A stretch of 63,663 bases of DNA, the filler included, from Octopus bimaculoides (Eukaryota), in the NCBI RefSeq assembly GCF_001194135.2. It is 5 parts of 4 records of this genome, joined end to end, with 100 filler letters (N's around TTAATTAATTAA, not from the genome) between each part and the next. Parts side by side here need not be neighbours in the genome. Positions count along the whole stretch, not along the records: positions 23,022 to 42,358 come from NC_068984.1; positions 42,459 to 56,996 come from NC_068987.1; 3 more parts are not named here. One strand, given 5' to 3'. Both the position numbers and the translations under genes were made by a program. Below, piece by piece: positions 35,690 through 48,500 of this stretch. Each line of letters opens with the position of its first letter. Position 1 is the first letter of the stretch. The notes beneath the pieces were generated by a model that was not told the origin of the DNA, did no database searches, and worked only from the letters and a program-made list of their open reading frames with translations.

Positions 35690-36060
35690 AGAAAACGCAA
35701 ATGGCGCCCTTCTGAAGTCCTTGTTAATTTAGTCCTTGCTGACTCAACGAGACAAGTCGTGGAGGCATAGACTCGGAAATTGGTGGTGCAGGTGATGCAA
35801 ACACGCTCCCCAAGATTTTCCAGGTTGGTCGTGGGGTAGGGTGAGGGGAAAATGAAAACACTTTTAACATCCACCTGAAAAACTGGATTTTGCAACCCTT
35901 AAACAAATTTCGTTCCCTCATTTTAATGTGTAGAAGTTAAGGCGCGAAAAACTTGTGACTGAGTCGCCCGCTCGAGATGCAAAAGGATTCTCGGCAATGC
36001 GAATAATAAGTCTGTCTGGTCACCTTCAAGAAAAAGAAGAAAAAAAAGCGCGCAAACACC
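35690..36060. promoter_or_regulatory. CpG-enriched, promoter-like segment
   Basis: aaatggcgcc (YY1-like), tgactca (AP-1), ggcgcgaaaa (E2F-like) in otherwise CpG-poor DNA; no linked gene identified. Confidence 0.3.
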
Positions 36061-37038
36061 ATTAAATAGTTCATGCAGTTTTTTGCTTGGTGTATGTATA
36101 TATTTCACCTATACATGTAACATGTAGAGGGGGAGGTGCATAAAATTAGATACGGTAAGATTTAAGTATATTTACAAATNNNNNNNNNNNNNNNNNNNNN
36201 NNNNNNNNNNNNNNNNNNNNNNNNNNNNNNNNNNNNNNNNNNNNNNNNNNNNNNNNNNNNNNNNNNNNNNNNNNNNNNNNNNNNNNNNNNNNNNNNNNNN
36301 NNNNNNNNNNNNNNNNNNNNNNNNNNNNNNNNNNNNNNNNNNNNNNNNNNNNNNNNNNNNNNNNNNNNNNNNNNNNNNNNNNNNNNNNNNNNNNNNNNNN
36401 NNNNNNNNNNNNNNNNNNNNNNNNNNNNNNNNNNNNNNNNNNNNNNNNNNNNNNNNNNNNNNNNNNNNNNNNNNNNNNNNNNNNNNNNNNNNNNNNNNNN
36501 NNNNNNNNNNNNNNNNNNNNNNNNNNNNNNNNNNNNNNNNNNNNNNNNNNNNNNNNNNNNNNNNNNNNNNNNNNNNNNNNNNNNNNNNNNNNNNNNNNNN
36601 NNNNNNNNNNNNNNNNNNNNNNNNNNNNNNNNNNNNNNNNNNNNNNNNNNNNNNNNNNNNNNNNNNNNNNNNNNNNNNNNNNNNNNNNNNNNNNNNNNNN
36701 NNNNNNNNNNNNNNNNNNNNNNNNNNNNNNNNNNNNNNNNNNNNNNNNNNNNNNNNNNNNNNNNNNNNNNNNNNNNNNNNNNNNNNNNNNNNNNNNNNNN
36801 NNNNNNNNNNNNNNNNNNNNNNNNNNNNNNNNNNNNNNNNNNNNNNNNNNNNNNNNNNNNNNNNNNNNNNNNNNNNNNNNNNNNNNNNNNNNNNNNNNNN
36901 NNNNNNNNNNNNNNNNNNNNNNNNNNNNNNNNNNNNNNNNNNNNNNNNNNNNNNNNNNNNNNNNNNNNNNNNNNNNNNNNNNNNNNNNNNNNNNNNNNNN
37001 NNNNNNNNNNNNNNNNNNNNNNNNNNNNNNNNNNNNNN

Positions 37039-37039
<1 letters not shown>

Positions 37040-37101
<62 letters not shown>

Positions 37102-37102
37102 C

Positions 37103-37148
<46 letters not shown>

Positions 37149-37181
37149 GTAGATAGACAGATAGATAGGTAGATAGATAGG

Positions 37182-37213
<32 letters not shown>

Positions 37214-37225
37214 CAGATAGATAGG

Positions 37226-37260
<35 letters not shown>
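37040..37260 (+). repeat. (AGAT)n tetranucleotide array
   Basis: Directly visible. Confidence 0.95.
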
Positions 37261-37277
<17 letters not shown>

Positions 37278-37438
37278 TAAAGCGAGCAAGTGATGCTAAA
37301 TGAGAGAGGGATAAAGAAAAAGAGACCAATAGAGAGTAAGAGGAAAAGAGAGAGAGAGAGAGAAAGTGGGAGAAAGGTTGTGTGAGATAGAGAGATAAAA
37401 GAGAGAGGGATGGAGGGAGGGACAGAGTGAATGAGGGA

Positions 37439-37484
<46 letters not shown>

Positions 37485-37669
37485 GGTGAAGTGATGGTGT
37501 CAAGTTACTTGTAAATGTATAACATGAGCGAGCAACTGCACATTTACAGGGTTTGCAGGCTCTCGTTAACAGATGCTGCAGTTGCAGCCTCTGCAAATTG
37601 CTGCAACCGCTGCAGCTGCTGCAGTTAATAGCTGCTGCAGTTAATAGCTGCTGCGTTTATTCGCTGCTA

Positions 37670-39689
37670 CACTGATGATGATGATGATGATGATGATGAG
37701 AGAGCCTGGGTCGCAGCCGTCGCCGCCGTCGCTGTTATTGTCAGTTTAGCCGTTGTGTGTTTGTTTAGATATGTTTGTTGCTGTTGTTGTGGTCGCTGTA
37801 GTTATTTTTTGTTGTTGCATTTGCTTTTTCCCATGCTTCTAGTTATTGATGTTGTTCTTGTTAATGGCTGTTATTTGTTATTTTGTTGTTAACGCTGTCG
37901 TCTTCGTGGTTCGTGGTTCGTCGTCACCTCCGGCGCCATCAAAGATGTCGTCATCACGGTGGTGGTAGTAGTCGTCGTGGTCGTGGTCGTGGTCGTCGTT
38001 GTTGTTGTTGTTGGCTGTTTGCATGCCTCCTGTTTGCTGCAACTGGCAACAACAGCAACGGGCAACTGCACGACTAGAAGCAGGGAGGGAAAGTGTGAGT
38101 AAGTGCAAGCGAACACGTGCTTTCCTGCTTCGTAGGTAAAGATGGCAGATAGGGTTTTGATAGGTAGGCGGAGAAGAGGGGACGAGGAGGAGGAGGAGGC
38201 AGTTGTGGCTTCTTTTTTTCTTGTTTTGTTTTGTTTTTATTTTATTTCATTTTTGTTTTTCTTCTGCAGATGCTACGCGGCTGTTGCAACAGCCTCCCNN
38301 NNNNNNNNNNNNNNNNNNNNNNNNNNNNNNNNNNNNNNNNNNNNNNNNNNNNNNNNNNNNNNNNNNNNNNNNNNNNNNNNNNNNNNNNNNNNNNNNNNNN
38401 NNNNNNNNNNNNNNNNNNNNNNNNNNNNNNNNNNNNNNNNNNNNNNNNNNNNNNNNNNNNNNNNNNNNNNNNNNNNNNNNNNNNNNNNNNNNNNNNNNNN
38501 NNNNNNNNNNNNNNNNNNNNNNNNNNNNNNNNNNNNNNNNNNNNNNNNNNNNNNNNNNNNNNNNNNNNNNNNNNNNNNNNNNNNNNNNNNNNNNNNNNNN
38601 NNNNNNNNNNNNNNNNNNNNNNNNNNNNNNNNNNNNNNNNNNNNNNNNNNNNNNNNNNNNNNNNNNNNNNNNNNNNNNNNNNNNNNNNNNNNNNNNNNNN
38701 NNNNNNNNNNNNNNNNNNNNNNNNNNNNNNNNNNNNNNNNNNNNNNNNNNNNNNNNNNNNNNNNNNNNNNNNNNNNNNNNNNNNNNNNNNNNNNNNNNNN
38801 NNNNNNNNNNNNNNNNNNNNNNNNNNNNNNNNNNNNNNNNNNNNNNNNNNNNNNNNNNNNNNNNNNNNNNNNNNNNNNNNNNNNNNNNNNNNNNNNNNNN
38901 NNNNNNNNNNNNNNNNNNNNNNNNNNNNNNNNNNNNNNNNNNNNNNNNNNNNNNNNNNNNNNNNNNNNNNNNNNNNNNNNNNNNNNNNNNNNNNNNNNNN
39001 NNNNNNNNNNNNNNNNNNNNNNNNNNNNNNNNNNNNNNNNNNNNNNNNNNNNNNNNNNNNNNNNNNNNNNNNNNNNNNNNNNNNNNNNNNNNNNNNNNNN
39101 NNNNNNNNNNNNNNNNNNNNNNNNNNNNNNNNNNNNNNNNNNNNNNNNNNNNNNNNNNNNNNNNNNNNNNNNNNNNNNNNNNNNNNNNNNNNNNNNNNNN
39201 NNNNNNNNNNNNNNNNNNNNNNNNNNNNNNNNNNNNNNGGTGGTGGTGGTGGTGGTTGCAGTAGAAGTGGTGGTGGTGATGGTAGTAATGGTGATGGTGG
39301 TGGTGGTGGTTTTGTTGTTGTTGTTGTTGTGGTGTTGTTGGTGATGGCGGTAGTGGAGGCGATGTTGATGTTGGTGGTGGCCATGGTGGTTTTATCGTTG
39401 TTGTGGTGTCGGTGGTGGTGTTGGTAGCGGTAGTGGAGGTCATGGTGGTAATGGTGGTGGCGGTGGTGGTTTTGTTGTTGTTGTTGTTCGTAGTGGCGAC
39501 GGTGGAGGTGTTGGTGTTGTTGGTGGTGGTCTCGTTGTTGCTGGTGCTGTTGTTGGTGGTGGTGTAGAAACGACAGTGACGGAGGTGGTAGTGGTGGTGA
39601 CAGTGGTGGTGGTTGTGGTTGTGGTTGTAGTGGTAATTATTCCGTGGTTGCTGTTGTTGACTGTGGTGATAGTGGAAGTGTAAAGGTAA

Positions 39690-39725
<36 letters not shown>

Positions 39726-39769
39726 CTATGGTGGTGGTGCTGAGAGTGATGGTGGTAGTAATATAAGTA

Positions 39770-39805
<36 letters not shown>

Positions 39806-40150
39806 CAGCAGCAATTGCAGCAACTGTGGTGGTGTAGATGGTTGTGATGGGTAGTACTAAAGGTGGTGGTAGAAGTAATAGTAGTAGTAGTAGTAGTGGT
39901 GGTGGTTGTGGTGGTGGTGGTGGTGGTTACGGTGGTTTGGGTTGAAGTTATTGTCCTTCACTTTTGTTGAAAGAGCAGACGTTGTTGTTGTTGTTCTGGT
40001 TATTGTTTTTGCAACTGGTTTTTCCAGTTCACACACTGCTACAGTTGCTGCACCTAACATTGCACTTGATTTCGCTGCTGCTGCTGTTACTGCTGCTGTT
40101 GCTGCTGTTACTGCTGCTGTTGCTGCTGCTGCTACTTTTGTCCTTGTTTC
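37670..40150. repeat. GT-rich trinucleotide low-complexity region (GTT/GGT/GTA/GCT)
   Basis: Directly visible; stops interrupt all frames. Confidence 0.85.
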
Positions 40151-40528
40151 TTTCTACAATAATAATTTCTCACATTAGCACAAGGTCACATGTATGTAGC
40201 TGTTGNNNNNNNNNNNNNNNNNNNNNNNNNNNNNNNNNNNNNNNNNNNNNNNNNNNNNNNNNNNNNNNNNNNNNNNNNNNNNNNNNNNNNNNNNNNNNNN
40301 NNNNNNNNNNNNNNNNNNNNNNNNNNNNNNNNNNNNNNNNNNNNNNNNNNNNNNNNNNNNNNNNNNNNNNNNNNNNNNNNNNNNNNNNNNNNNNNNNNNN
40401 NNNNNNNNNNNNNNNNNNNNNNNNNNNNNNNNNNNNNNNNNNNNNNNNNNNNNNNNNNNNNNNNNNNNNNNNNNNNNNNNNNNNNNNNNNNNNNNNNNNN
40501 NNNNNNNNNNNNNNNNNNNNNNNNNNNN

Positions 40529-40577
<49 letters not shown>

Positions 40578-40825
40578 ATATATGCATGTATATATGTGTG
40601 TGTGTGTGTGTCTGTGTGTGTCTGTGTTTGTCCCCTCAACATCGCTTCACAACCGATGCTGGTATGTTTACGTCCCCGTAACTTAGTGGTTCGGCAAAAG
40701 TGACCGATAGAATAAATAAGTACTAGGCTTACAAAGAATAAGTCCTGGGGTCGATTTCCTCGACTAAAGGCGGTGCTCCAGCATGGCCGCAGTCAAATGA
40801 CTGACACAAGTAAAAGAATAAAAGG
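40529..40825 (+). mobile_element. SINE family B 3' half
   Basis: Matches 8190-8402. Confidence 0.85.
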
Positions 40826-41018
40826 ATACACACACACACACACACACACATATATATGCAGAGAGCGAGAGAGGGGGGGGGGTAGAAATTGATATTAAAA
40901 CCAGTGGCTTCGCAAATTTTAAAAATCCGAGGATAAAAGATTTTGACTATTACATACATTCCTTATCAAAAAGTTTGTATGCAATATGTATATATATGTG
41001 TATATGTATATACGTATA

Positions 41019-41543
41019 CTAGCAATATTACCCGTCGTTGATCGGGTAATTACCTTTACTCTTTCTTCTTGGGAGCCACATTCAAAGTATTGCTGTGTAT
41101 ATAATTTACTCCTGTATGTGTGTATTTTATAAGAGTAAAACATGTAATAATTGAAGTAAATAAAAAGATCAATTTCATACTTGAACTTCTGTCAGCACGT
41201 CGAGCCACCATTCTCTGTTCGCTATCTGCACGTTGTGCATTCTTTGATCTTCGTTTTTGCTGCACATCGAGCTGCCATTCTGTGTTGGCTATCTGCAAGT
41301 CGTGCATTTCTTTGATGTTCGGTTTCAGATGCACGTCGAGCTTTCTTTATTTGTCGGTCATCTGCAAACCGTGCGCGTCTCCCATATTCGTTTTCTGCAG
41401 CACGTCGTGCATGTCTTTGATCTTCGTTTTCTGCTGCACATCGAGCCACCATTCTCTGTTCGCTATTTGCACGTTGTGCATGTCTTTGATCTCCGTTTTC
41501 TGCTGCACATCGAGCCACCATTCTCTGTTCGCTATTTGCACGT
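41019..41543 (-). mobile_element. Helitron remnant: canonical 3' hairpin plus CTAG, and 69-bp repeats encoding RepHel-like N-terminal repeats
   Basis: attacccg-N8-cgggtaat hairpin 4 nt from CTAG|T (41019-41022); minus frames RRASETEHQRNARLADSQHRMAAR and AENEDQRHARR. Confidence 0.78.
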
Positions 41544-41643
41544 NNNNNNNNNNNNNNNNNNNNNNNNNNNNNNNNNNNNNNNNNNNNNNNNNNNNNNNNN
41601 NNNNNNNNNNNNNNNNNNNNNNNNNNNNNNNNNNNNNNNNNNN

Positions 41644-42358
41644 GCTAAACGCTAAATGCTAAACGCTAAACGCTAACGCTAACGCTAACCCTAGACCTAA
41701 CCCTAACCGCTAAACCATAACGCTAAGCGGCAAACGCTAAAGGCTAACGCTAACGCTAACCCTAACCCTAACCCGAACCCGAACCCTAACGCTAACGCTA
41801 AACGCTAAAGGCTAACGCTAGCGCTAACCCTAACCCCAAGCCTAACCCTAACGCTAAACGCTAAACGCTAAACGCTAAACGCTAAACGCTAAACGCTAAA
41901 CGCGAAACGCTAAACGCGAAACGCTAACGCTAACGCTAACCCTAACCCTAACCCTAACCCTAAACGCTAAACGCTAAACATTAAACGCTAAACGCTAAAC
42001 GCTGAACGCTAAACGCTGAACGCTAAACGCTAAACGCTAAACGCTAAACGCTAACCCTAACGCCAACCCTAACGCTAAACGCTAACGCTGACCCTAACCC
42101 TAACCCTAACGCTAAACGCTAAACGGTGAACGCTAACGCTAATCCTAACCATAACCCTAACGCTAAACGCTAAACGGTGAACGCTATGCGCTAAGCGCTA
42201 AGCGCTAAGCGCTAAACGCTAAGCGCTAAACACTAATCGCTAACGCTAAACGCTAAACGCTAAACGCTAAACGCTAAACGCTAAACGCCAACGCTAACCC
42301 TAACCCTAACCCTAACGCTAAACGTTAAACGCTAAACGCTAACCCTAACCTTAACCCT
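41644..42358 (+). repeat. Composite telomere-like satellite: (CGCTAAA), (CGCTAA), (CCCTAA) units
   Basis: Directly visible mix of 7-mers and 6-mers; G-rich strand is minus. Confidence 0.92.
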
Positions 42359-42458
42359 NNNNNNNNNNNNNNNNNNNNNNNNNNNNNNNNNNNNNNNNNN
42401 NNTTAATTAATTAANNNNNNNNNNNNNNNNNNNNNNNNNNNNNNNNNNNNNNNNNNNN

Positions 42459-42505
<47 letters not shown>

Positions 42506-42537
42506 TATATATATATATACATGCACATATATATATA

Positions 42538-44539
42538 CACACTATGATTTTCTTGAAATTTTTACAGAATATGTAGGATTATGTATTCCATATTTCTTGT
42601 ACTATTCCTCTAAATCGGTGTACATTTAAAACGGAAATGAAGAAAGACACGTTTATAGGCTGTTTCTTTTTATTATGCAAGTTAACAAATATCATATAAA
42701 CATGCAATGTGATTTACATATAGAACAATACATAAGCAGACCATTAATATATACATATATCTTCCACCATATAATCATATTTACAAACAATTATGTATAT
42801 ATTTTACATCTTTATATAGGGTTAGGGTCAGAGTTAGGGTTAGAGCTAGGGTTAGGGTTTACCATCTATAAATATTCTCTCAACTGATTTTGTCAATTTT
42901 TCAACAATCTCACTTTTAATATTTCTTTCAACAGTTTTTATTGTTTCCCATAGTAAATTGTTATTTGGATATTGTTTACCATTAGAATATACATCTTTTT
43001 TAATAATTGACAACAAATTCTCTATTGGGTTTAGATCGGAAGATTGGGTGGGGGAGGGGAGCATTCCATTATCTCATGTTCTTTCAAATCTTTCTTATCT
43101 AAATGGTTTATAGTGAGATGGAAATTATATTTTATAAATCGACAGACTACGCTGATGAGCCTGCAGATATTTACTTATGTAAATTTTAACAGATGAAACC
43201 ATGGTATGTAGGTTAATCGTTTTTTTTATTTAGTATTTTTTCATTTGTCTTGCCCTTTTACAGTCTGTTGTGTCACTAAACTTTTACTGAGAACATATTT
43301 TTCGTGGTTAGATGATTCGGCATCTNNNNNNNNNNNNNNNNNNNNNNNNNNNNNNNNNNNNNNNNNNNNNNNNNNNNNNNNNNNNNNNNNNNNNNNNNNN
43401 NNNNNNNNNNNNNNNNNNNNNNNNNNNNNNNNNNNNNNNNNNNNNNNNNNNNNNNNNNNNNNNNNNNNNNNNNNNNNNNNNNNNNNNNNNNNNNNNNNNN
43501 NNNNNNNNNNNNNNNNNNNNNNNNNNNNNNNNNNNNNNNNNNNNNNNNNNNNNNNNNNNNNNNNNNNNNNNNNNNNNNNNNNNNNNNNNNNNNNNNNNNN
43601 NNNNNNNNNNNNNNNNNNNNNNNNNNNNNNNNNNNNNNNNNNNNNNNNNNNNNNNNNNNNNNNNNNNNNNNNNNNNNNNNNNNNNNNNNNNNNNNNNNNN
43701 NNNNNNNNNNNNNNNNNNNNNNNNNNNNNNNNNNNNNNNNNNNNNNNNNNNNNNNNNNNNNNNNNNNNNNNNNNNNNNNNNNNNNNNNNNNNNNNNNNNN
43801 NNNNNNNNNNNNNNNNNNNNNNNNNNNNNNNNNNNNNNNNNNNNNNNNNNNNNNNNNNNNNNNNNNNNNNNNNNNNNNNNNNNNNNNNNNNNNNNNNNNN
43901 NNNNNNNNNNNNNNNNNNNNNNNNNNNNNNNNNNNNNNNNNNNNNNNNNNNNNNNNNNNNNNNNNNNNNNNNNNNNNNNNNNNNNNNNNNNNNNNNNNNN
44001 NNNNNNNNCTTCAAAGATTTGTTTGCTGGTTAACCTACTTTAGTTGCACATAATTCTTTTGAGTTTTCTCTTATCTCTATTTGTGATGTTCTTGAAACCA
44101 GTTTTCTTCCTTATTCTTACTCTCTCAATATTTTGTACCTGTTTTTTTTTTTTTATTGTTCTGTGATCTCAATTTAGCTTTTTAGAAATAACAATTGTTG
44201 TATCCCCTTCTCCCAGTAGTTTCACTATTTCTTTCTTCTCCTTTGATGCTATATCTTTACTTTGACCCATTTCTATATCTCCTGTGTCTGAAATTAAGAA
44301 AAAAAAACATTTCAAAATCACATATCTAGATAGGGAAAAGCAGTATCTTGTTAACTATAATAAAACCCTATAAACGTGTTTTTCTTCATTTCCACTTTAA
44401 ATGTACACTGATTTAGATGAAAAGTACCCAAGACATGGGATACATAATCCTACACAACCTGTAAAACTTTTAAGAAAATCAGACAAGGGATTTTGATTTT
44501 ATTGACGAATGATTGACCTGCATAATAAAAGGAAACATA

Positions 44540-44544
<5 letters not shown>
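42538..44544 (-). mobile_element. Tc1 (IR/DR-type) transposon with long TIRs, pseudogenised
   Basis: ATG at 44270: MGQSKDIASKEKKEIVKLLGEG...DHRTIK; C-terminal QSSDLNPIENL; 42545-42690 is the reverse complement of 44345-44485; inner repeat tttctttttattatgcaagt resembles the outer end tttccttttattatgcaggt. Confidence 0.9.
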
Positions 44545-44617
<73 letters not shown>

Positions 44618-45551
44618 ATATATATATCAAACAATTACAAAGAGTATGGAGACTGGTACATCTTCAAATTTCTCTGTTAATATTACAGTGGGTCATACAG
44701 CATAATTAGCTGGTTCAAATGACAAACATGTATTACTCAGCTTTATATATNNNNNNNNNNNNNNNNNNNNNNNNNNNNNNNNNNNNNNNNNNNNNNNNNN
44801 NNNNNNNNNNNNNNNNNNNNNNNNNNNNNNNNNNNNNNNNNNNNNNNNNNNNNNNNNNNNNNNNNNNNNNNNNNNNNNNNNNNNNNNNNNNNNNNNNNNN
44901 NNNNNNNNNNNNNNNNNNNNNNNNNNNNNNNNNNNNNNNNNNNNNNNNNNNNNNNNNNNNNNNNNNNNNNNNNNNNNNNNNNNNNNNNNNNNNNNNNNNN
45001 NNNNNNNNNNNNNNNNNNNNNNNNNNNNNNNNNNNNNNNNNNNNNNNNNNNNNNNNNNNNNNNNNNNNNNNNNNNNNNNNNNNNNNNNNNNNNNNNNNNN
45101 NNNNNNNNNNNNNNNNNNNNNNNNNNNNNNNNNNNNNNNNNNNNNNNNNNNNNNNNNNNNNNNNNNNNNNNNNNNNNNNNNNNNNNNNNNNNNNNNNNNN
45201 NNNNNNNNNNNNNNNNNNNNNNNNNNNNNNNNNNNNNNNNNNNNNNNNNNNNNNNNNNNNNNNNNNNNNNNNNNNNNNNNNNNNNNNNNNNNNNNNNNNN
45301 NNNNNNNNNNNNNNNNNNNNNNNNNNNNNNNNNNNNNNNNNNNNNNNNNNNNNNNNNNNNNNNNNNNNNNNNNNNNNNNNNNNNNNNNNNNNNNNNNNNN
45401 NNNNNNNNNNNNNNNNNNNNNNNNNNNNNNNNNNNNNNNNNNNNNNNNNNNNNNNNNNNNNNNNNNNNNNNNNNNNNNNNNNNNNNNNNNNNNNNNNNNN
45501 NNNNNNNNNNNNNNNNNNNNNNNNNNNNNNNNNNNNNNNNNNNNNNNNNNN

Positions 45552-48500
45552 AAGTGGTACTTGAAAAAGTTGATGAGCGATTGGCGAGAGAGGAAAGTGT
45601 TTGTCTTGAAACCTTTCGCTCGAGTCCACCACACACATTCTTTTACCATTGCCACCAGTATGATGAAGACTGCCGGTTAAGAGAAGGTGGCGGAGCAACC
45701 TTCCTCTCAGCCTATTGCTGGGTGAGAGTGGCCACCCAACTCATTATCTCGTCCCAGTTCTTCTCTATTTGGAGGTCCGGACTGAACCAGACTCCAAGCA
45801 ATTTAACCAGTCCGTCAGTCCAGCGTCCCATGGTGGAGACACTGTTGGACAGCATGGGCTTGTTTCTCCACGTGCCAAGCTGCAAGCCTACTGACTTTTC
45901 CTGGTTAATTTTCACTCCTGTTATCACTTTGTATTCTTTTAGTGTCTCGCCGACCAGGTTGGTATGCCTGTGGCTTGACACTATCTCGGTGATATCGTTT
46001 GCATATGCAGACACACTCCTCCCACATCCCAGTTCTCACAGGATGCTTCTCAGCATTGGCAGCTTCCGCAGTAGTGGCTCTAGAGTCAATATGTACAGAA
46101 GTGATGAAAGGGGGCATCCTTGATGGACCGAGAGTGTGATGTTAAATGGTCTAGACAGATGACCATTTATGCAAACTACCAAGCGGATGCCACTGTATAA
46201 GGCAGCAATCCAACCGTGGAAGACGGGACTGAAACCAGCGGCTCTAAGGACAGCCTCCAAGTAACGATGTTCTACCCTATTGAATGTCAGGTTCCTTAAC
46301 TATCCTGTCTATGATGTAGCACATCGATAGCACTGCCAAGCCAGGGATCTCTGGTGATTGTCCATATTTCCAGCCCGAAAGTTGTCCTGAACAGGTGGGT
46401 CAGGTGTTCCTTGTTGATGCCCAGATTCTACCCGATAAGGCCATCGCACCTCCCCTCCACTAATCCTCTATAGATACTCCAGCCTGGCATGGCACTTGCT
46501 TGTGCTTTGTCAATCAGTTTCTCGATGACAAGCTCCAACCTCTCGACTAATAACCTTGGCCAAAATCTTCAAATCTGCATTGAGCAGAGTGATGGGTTTG
46601 AAGTTATCTATGACGTTCCCCTTGTTTGGATCTTTTTTTAGCAGTGCCACCATTCCTCGTGTCACAGAAACAGGTATACTCCCGTTTTGCTGCCAGTTGC
46701 AGTAGACAGCTGCCAAGACACTTCCAAACAAGTCTGGCATGTGACAATAAAGTTCGTAGGGCAAAGCATCCAAGCCTAGCGACTTGTCTCCCGTGCAGCC
46801 TGCCATCGCATCCCATACGTCCGCAGATGTGATGGGTCTTTTACAACACTCCACCTCTCTTGCCAAGAATCGTGGGAGGCCATGCAGGTAGGCACAAAAG
46901 TCCACTCTGCATTCTAACCCACCCAGTTGCCTCATTGCACCTCTGCCACTCGGGCCTCTCGGGTGGCTCCAACTCTTTTGTTCCTCAGAGCAAGCATCCT
47001 AGCTCTGACAATGCATCCTTCATGTTTGGCGTTGAACTGTTGGTCAAGGGCCAATCTCACCGCCAATACATTGGATGTGATGCCAGTTCTCAGTATCTTT
47101 TCCTCTATTCTATTTCTGTCTAATGCTAGAGCCTAACTGATTCTACTTTAATTGCTTTCTTTAGGGCATACCATCATCTATTGTTGACGATAGCACCCAT
47201 CAATGCTCTCTTAACTAATGTACTAATCCAGTCCCTGTAAGCCTGGTGTGCCATGAACAATGCATTCAACTTCCAGTAACCGGGACCCTGTGGCTCTTAT
47301 CTAAGTCAAGCGTACAAGTCACAAATTTGTTATCTGAGTAGCTGACTATATGGAATTGTGGACAACCTACACTATCCCTATCCTGTTCTGCAGAATACTC
47401 TATCTAAATACGATCTGGACGGCCCAGTGCGGTTGCTCCATGTCCACATTAGGTTTGGATTGTTAGTATTTATAGCTGTCAACATTGTTGGGCCATTTGG
47501 TGTTTGTGTTAATGCTGTTGTTTTCTGCAGGTGTTTTGGTTTCAGGAGTGGTAAACCCACCCCTGCTTTGTTTGTTTGCATCTGTATTCTTTTTTACCCT
47601 TTTTTTTACTCCTTGCCAATCCTCTGTGTTGTCTTCAACTGACGACATGTTGGAGAAATCTGAAAGTGGGAGGGGAAGGGTATTGCGGGGTCTATTTCTG
47701 AGTGTGTTAATGTTGATTATGTTGTTGGTGTTGGTGCTGGTTAGTGACAGTTGGGATGTGATGTATGGGTTTTTGGGGCGGGGTATGAGTCCTTTTGTTT
47801 TTCTCTTCTTACTTTGGAGTTGTTGTTGTTGGTGGTGGTGATGGTGTTGTTTCTGTTCTTAGTGGCACTGATGGTGGTGTCATTTGGTTGAGCTGGCTTG
47901 TTCGTTGCTGATGTTCCTTCATTTGTTGGTAGAGCTGTTTTATCAGTTGTGCATATGGCAATGTGGGTAGCAGTGCTGGTTTTTTCTTGGTTTTTGTTTT
48001 TTTTGTTGTGGTTGTTATTGTTCTTGATCTTGTTGTTATTGTTGTTGCTGTTGTTGTTTCTATGCTAATGGGCAACTGATTTTTAGGTGTGATTTGCTAC
48101 CACAAACATAGCAACATGGCTTTCTGCCTTCAACGGCCACATGCAAATTCGAACCATCTGCCAGTTTGATAAGATGTGGAATCTTTTCAATACTGATTGG
48201 ATCAACTTGAGTAAGGATTTCCACTCCTTGACCAATCCAATTTTGCTGGTCCAGGACAGCAATTTCCAAGATGTGGATTGTCTCCTCGATATCATAACAA
48301 ATGACAGACACAAGCCACTTTATTTGTATCTCAGGGGGCACATCTTTGATTTTTATTTTTGTGACCTTATGACCAAGGTATGTAGGGAACATCATTAGGG
48401 TCTCGCATTCAAAAGACTTTGTGGAGAGGTCATTGGCTCTTCACTGTTGAATCTATCTTCGATCATGGCAAATTATTTTCTTCTGGTGATGTATTCTTTA

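Noticed and set aside
39239-40150. Mucin-like or Gly/Val-rich protein
   Set aside because: Trinucleotide mosaics with stops in every frame and no splice context.
41170-41543. CRISPR-like array
   Set aside because: The 69-bp units are contiguous with no unique spacers, in a eukaryotic context; this is a coding minisatellite.
41644-42358. True chromosome telomere
   Set aside because: The C-rich strand faces the block end (wrong polarity for a right end) and most units are non-canonical.
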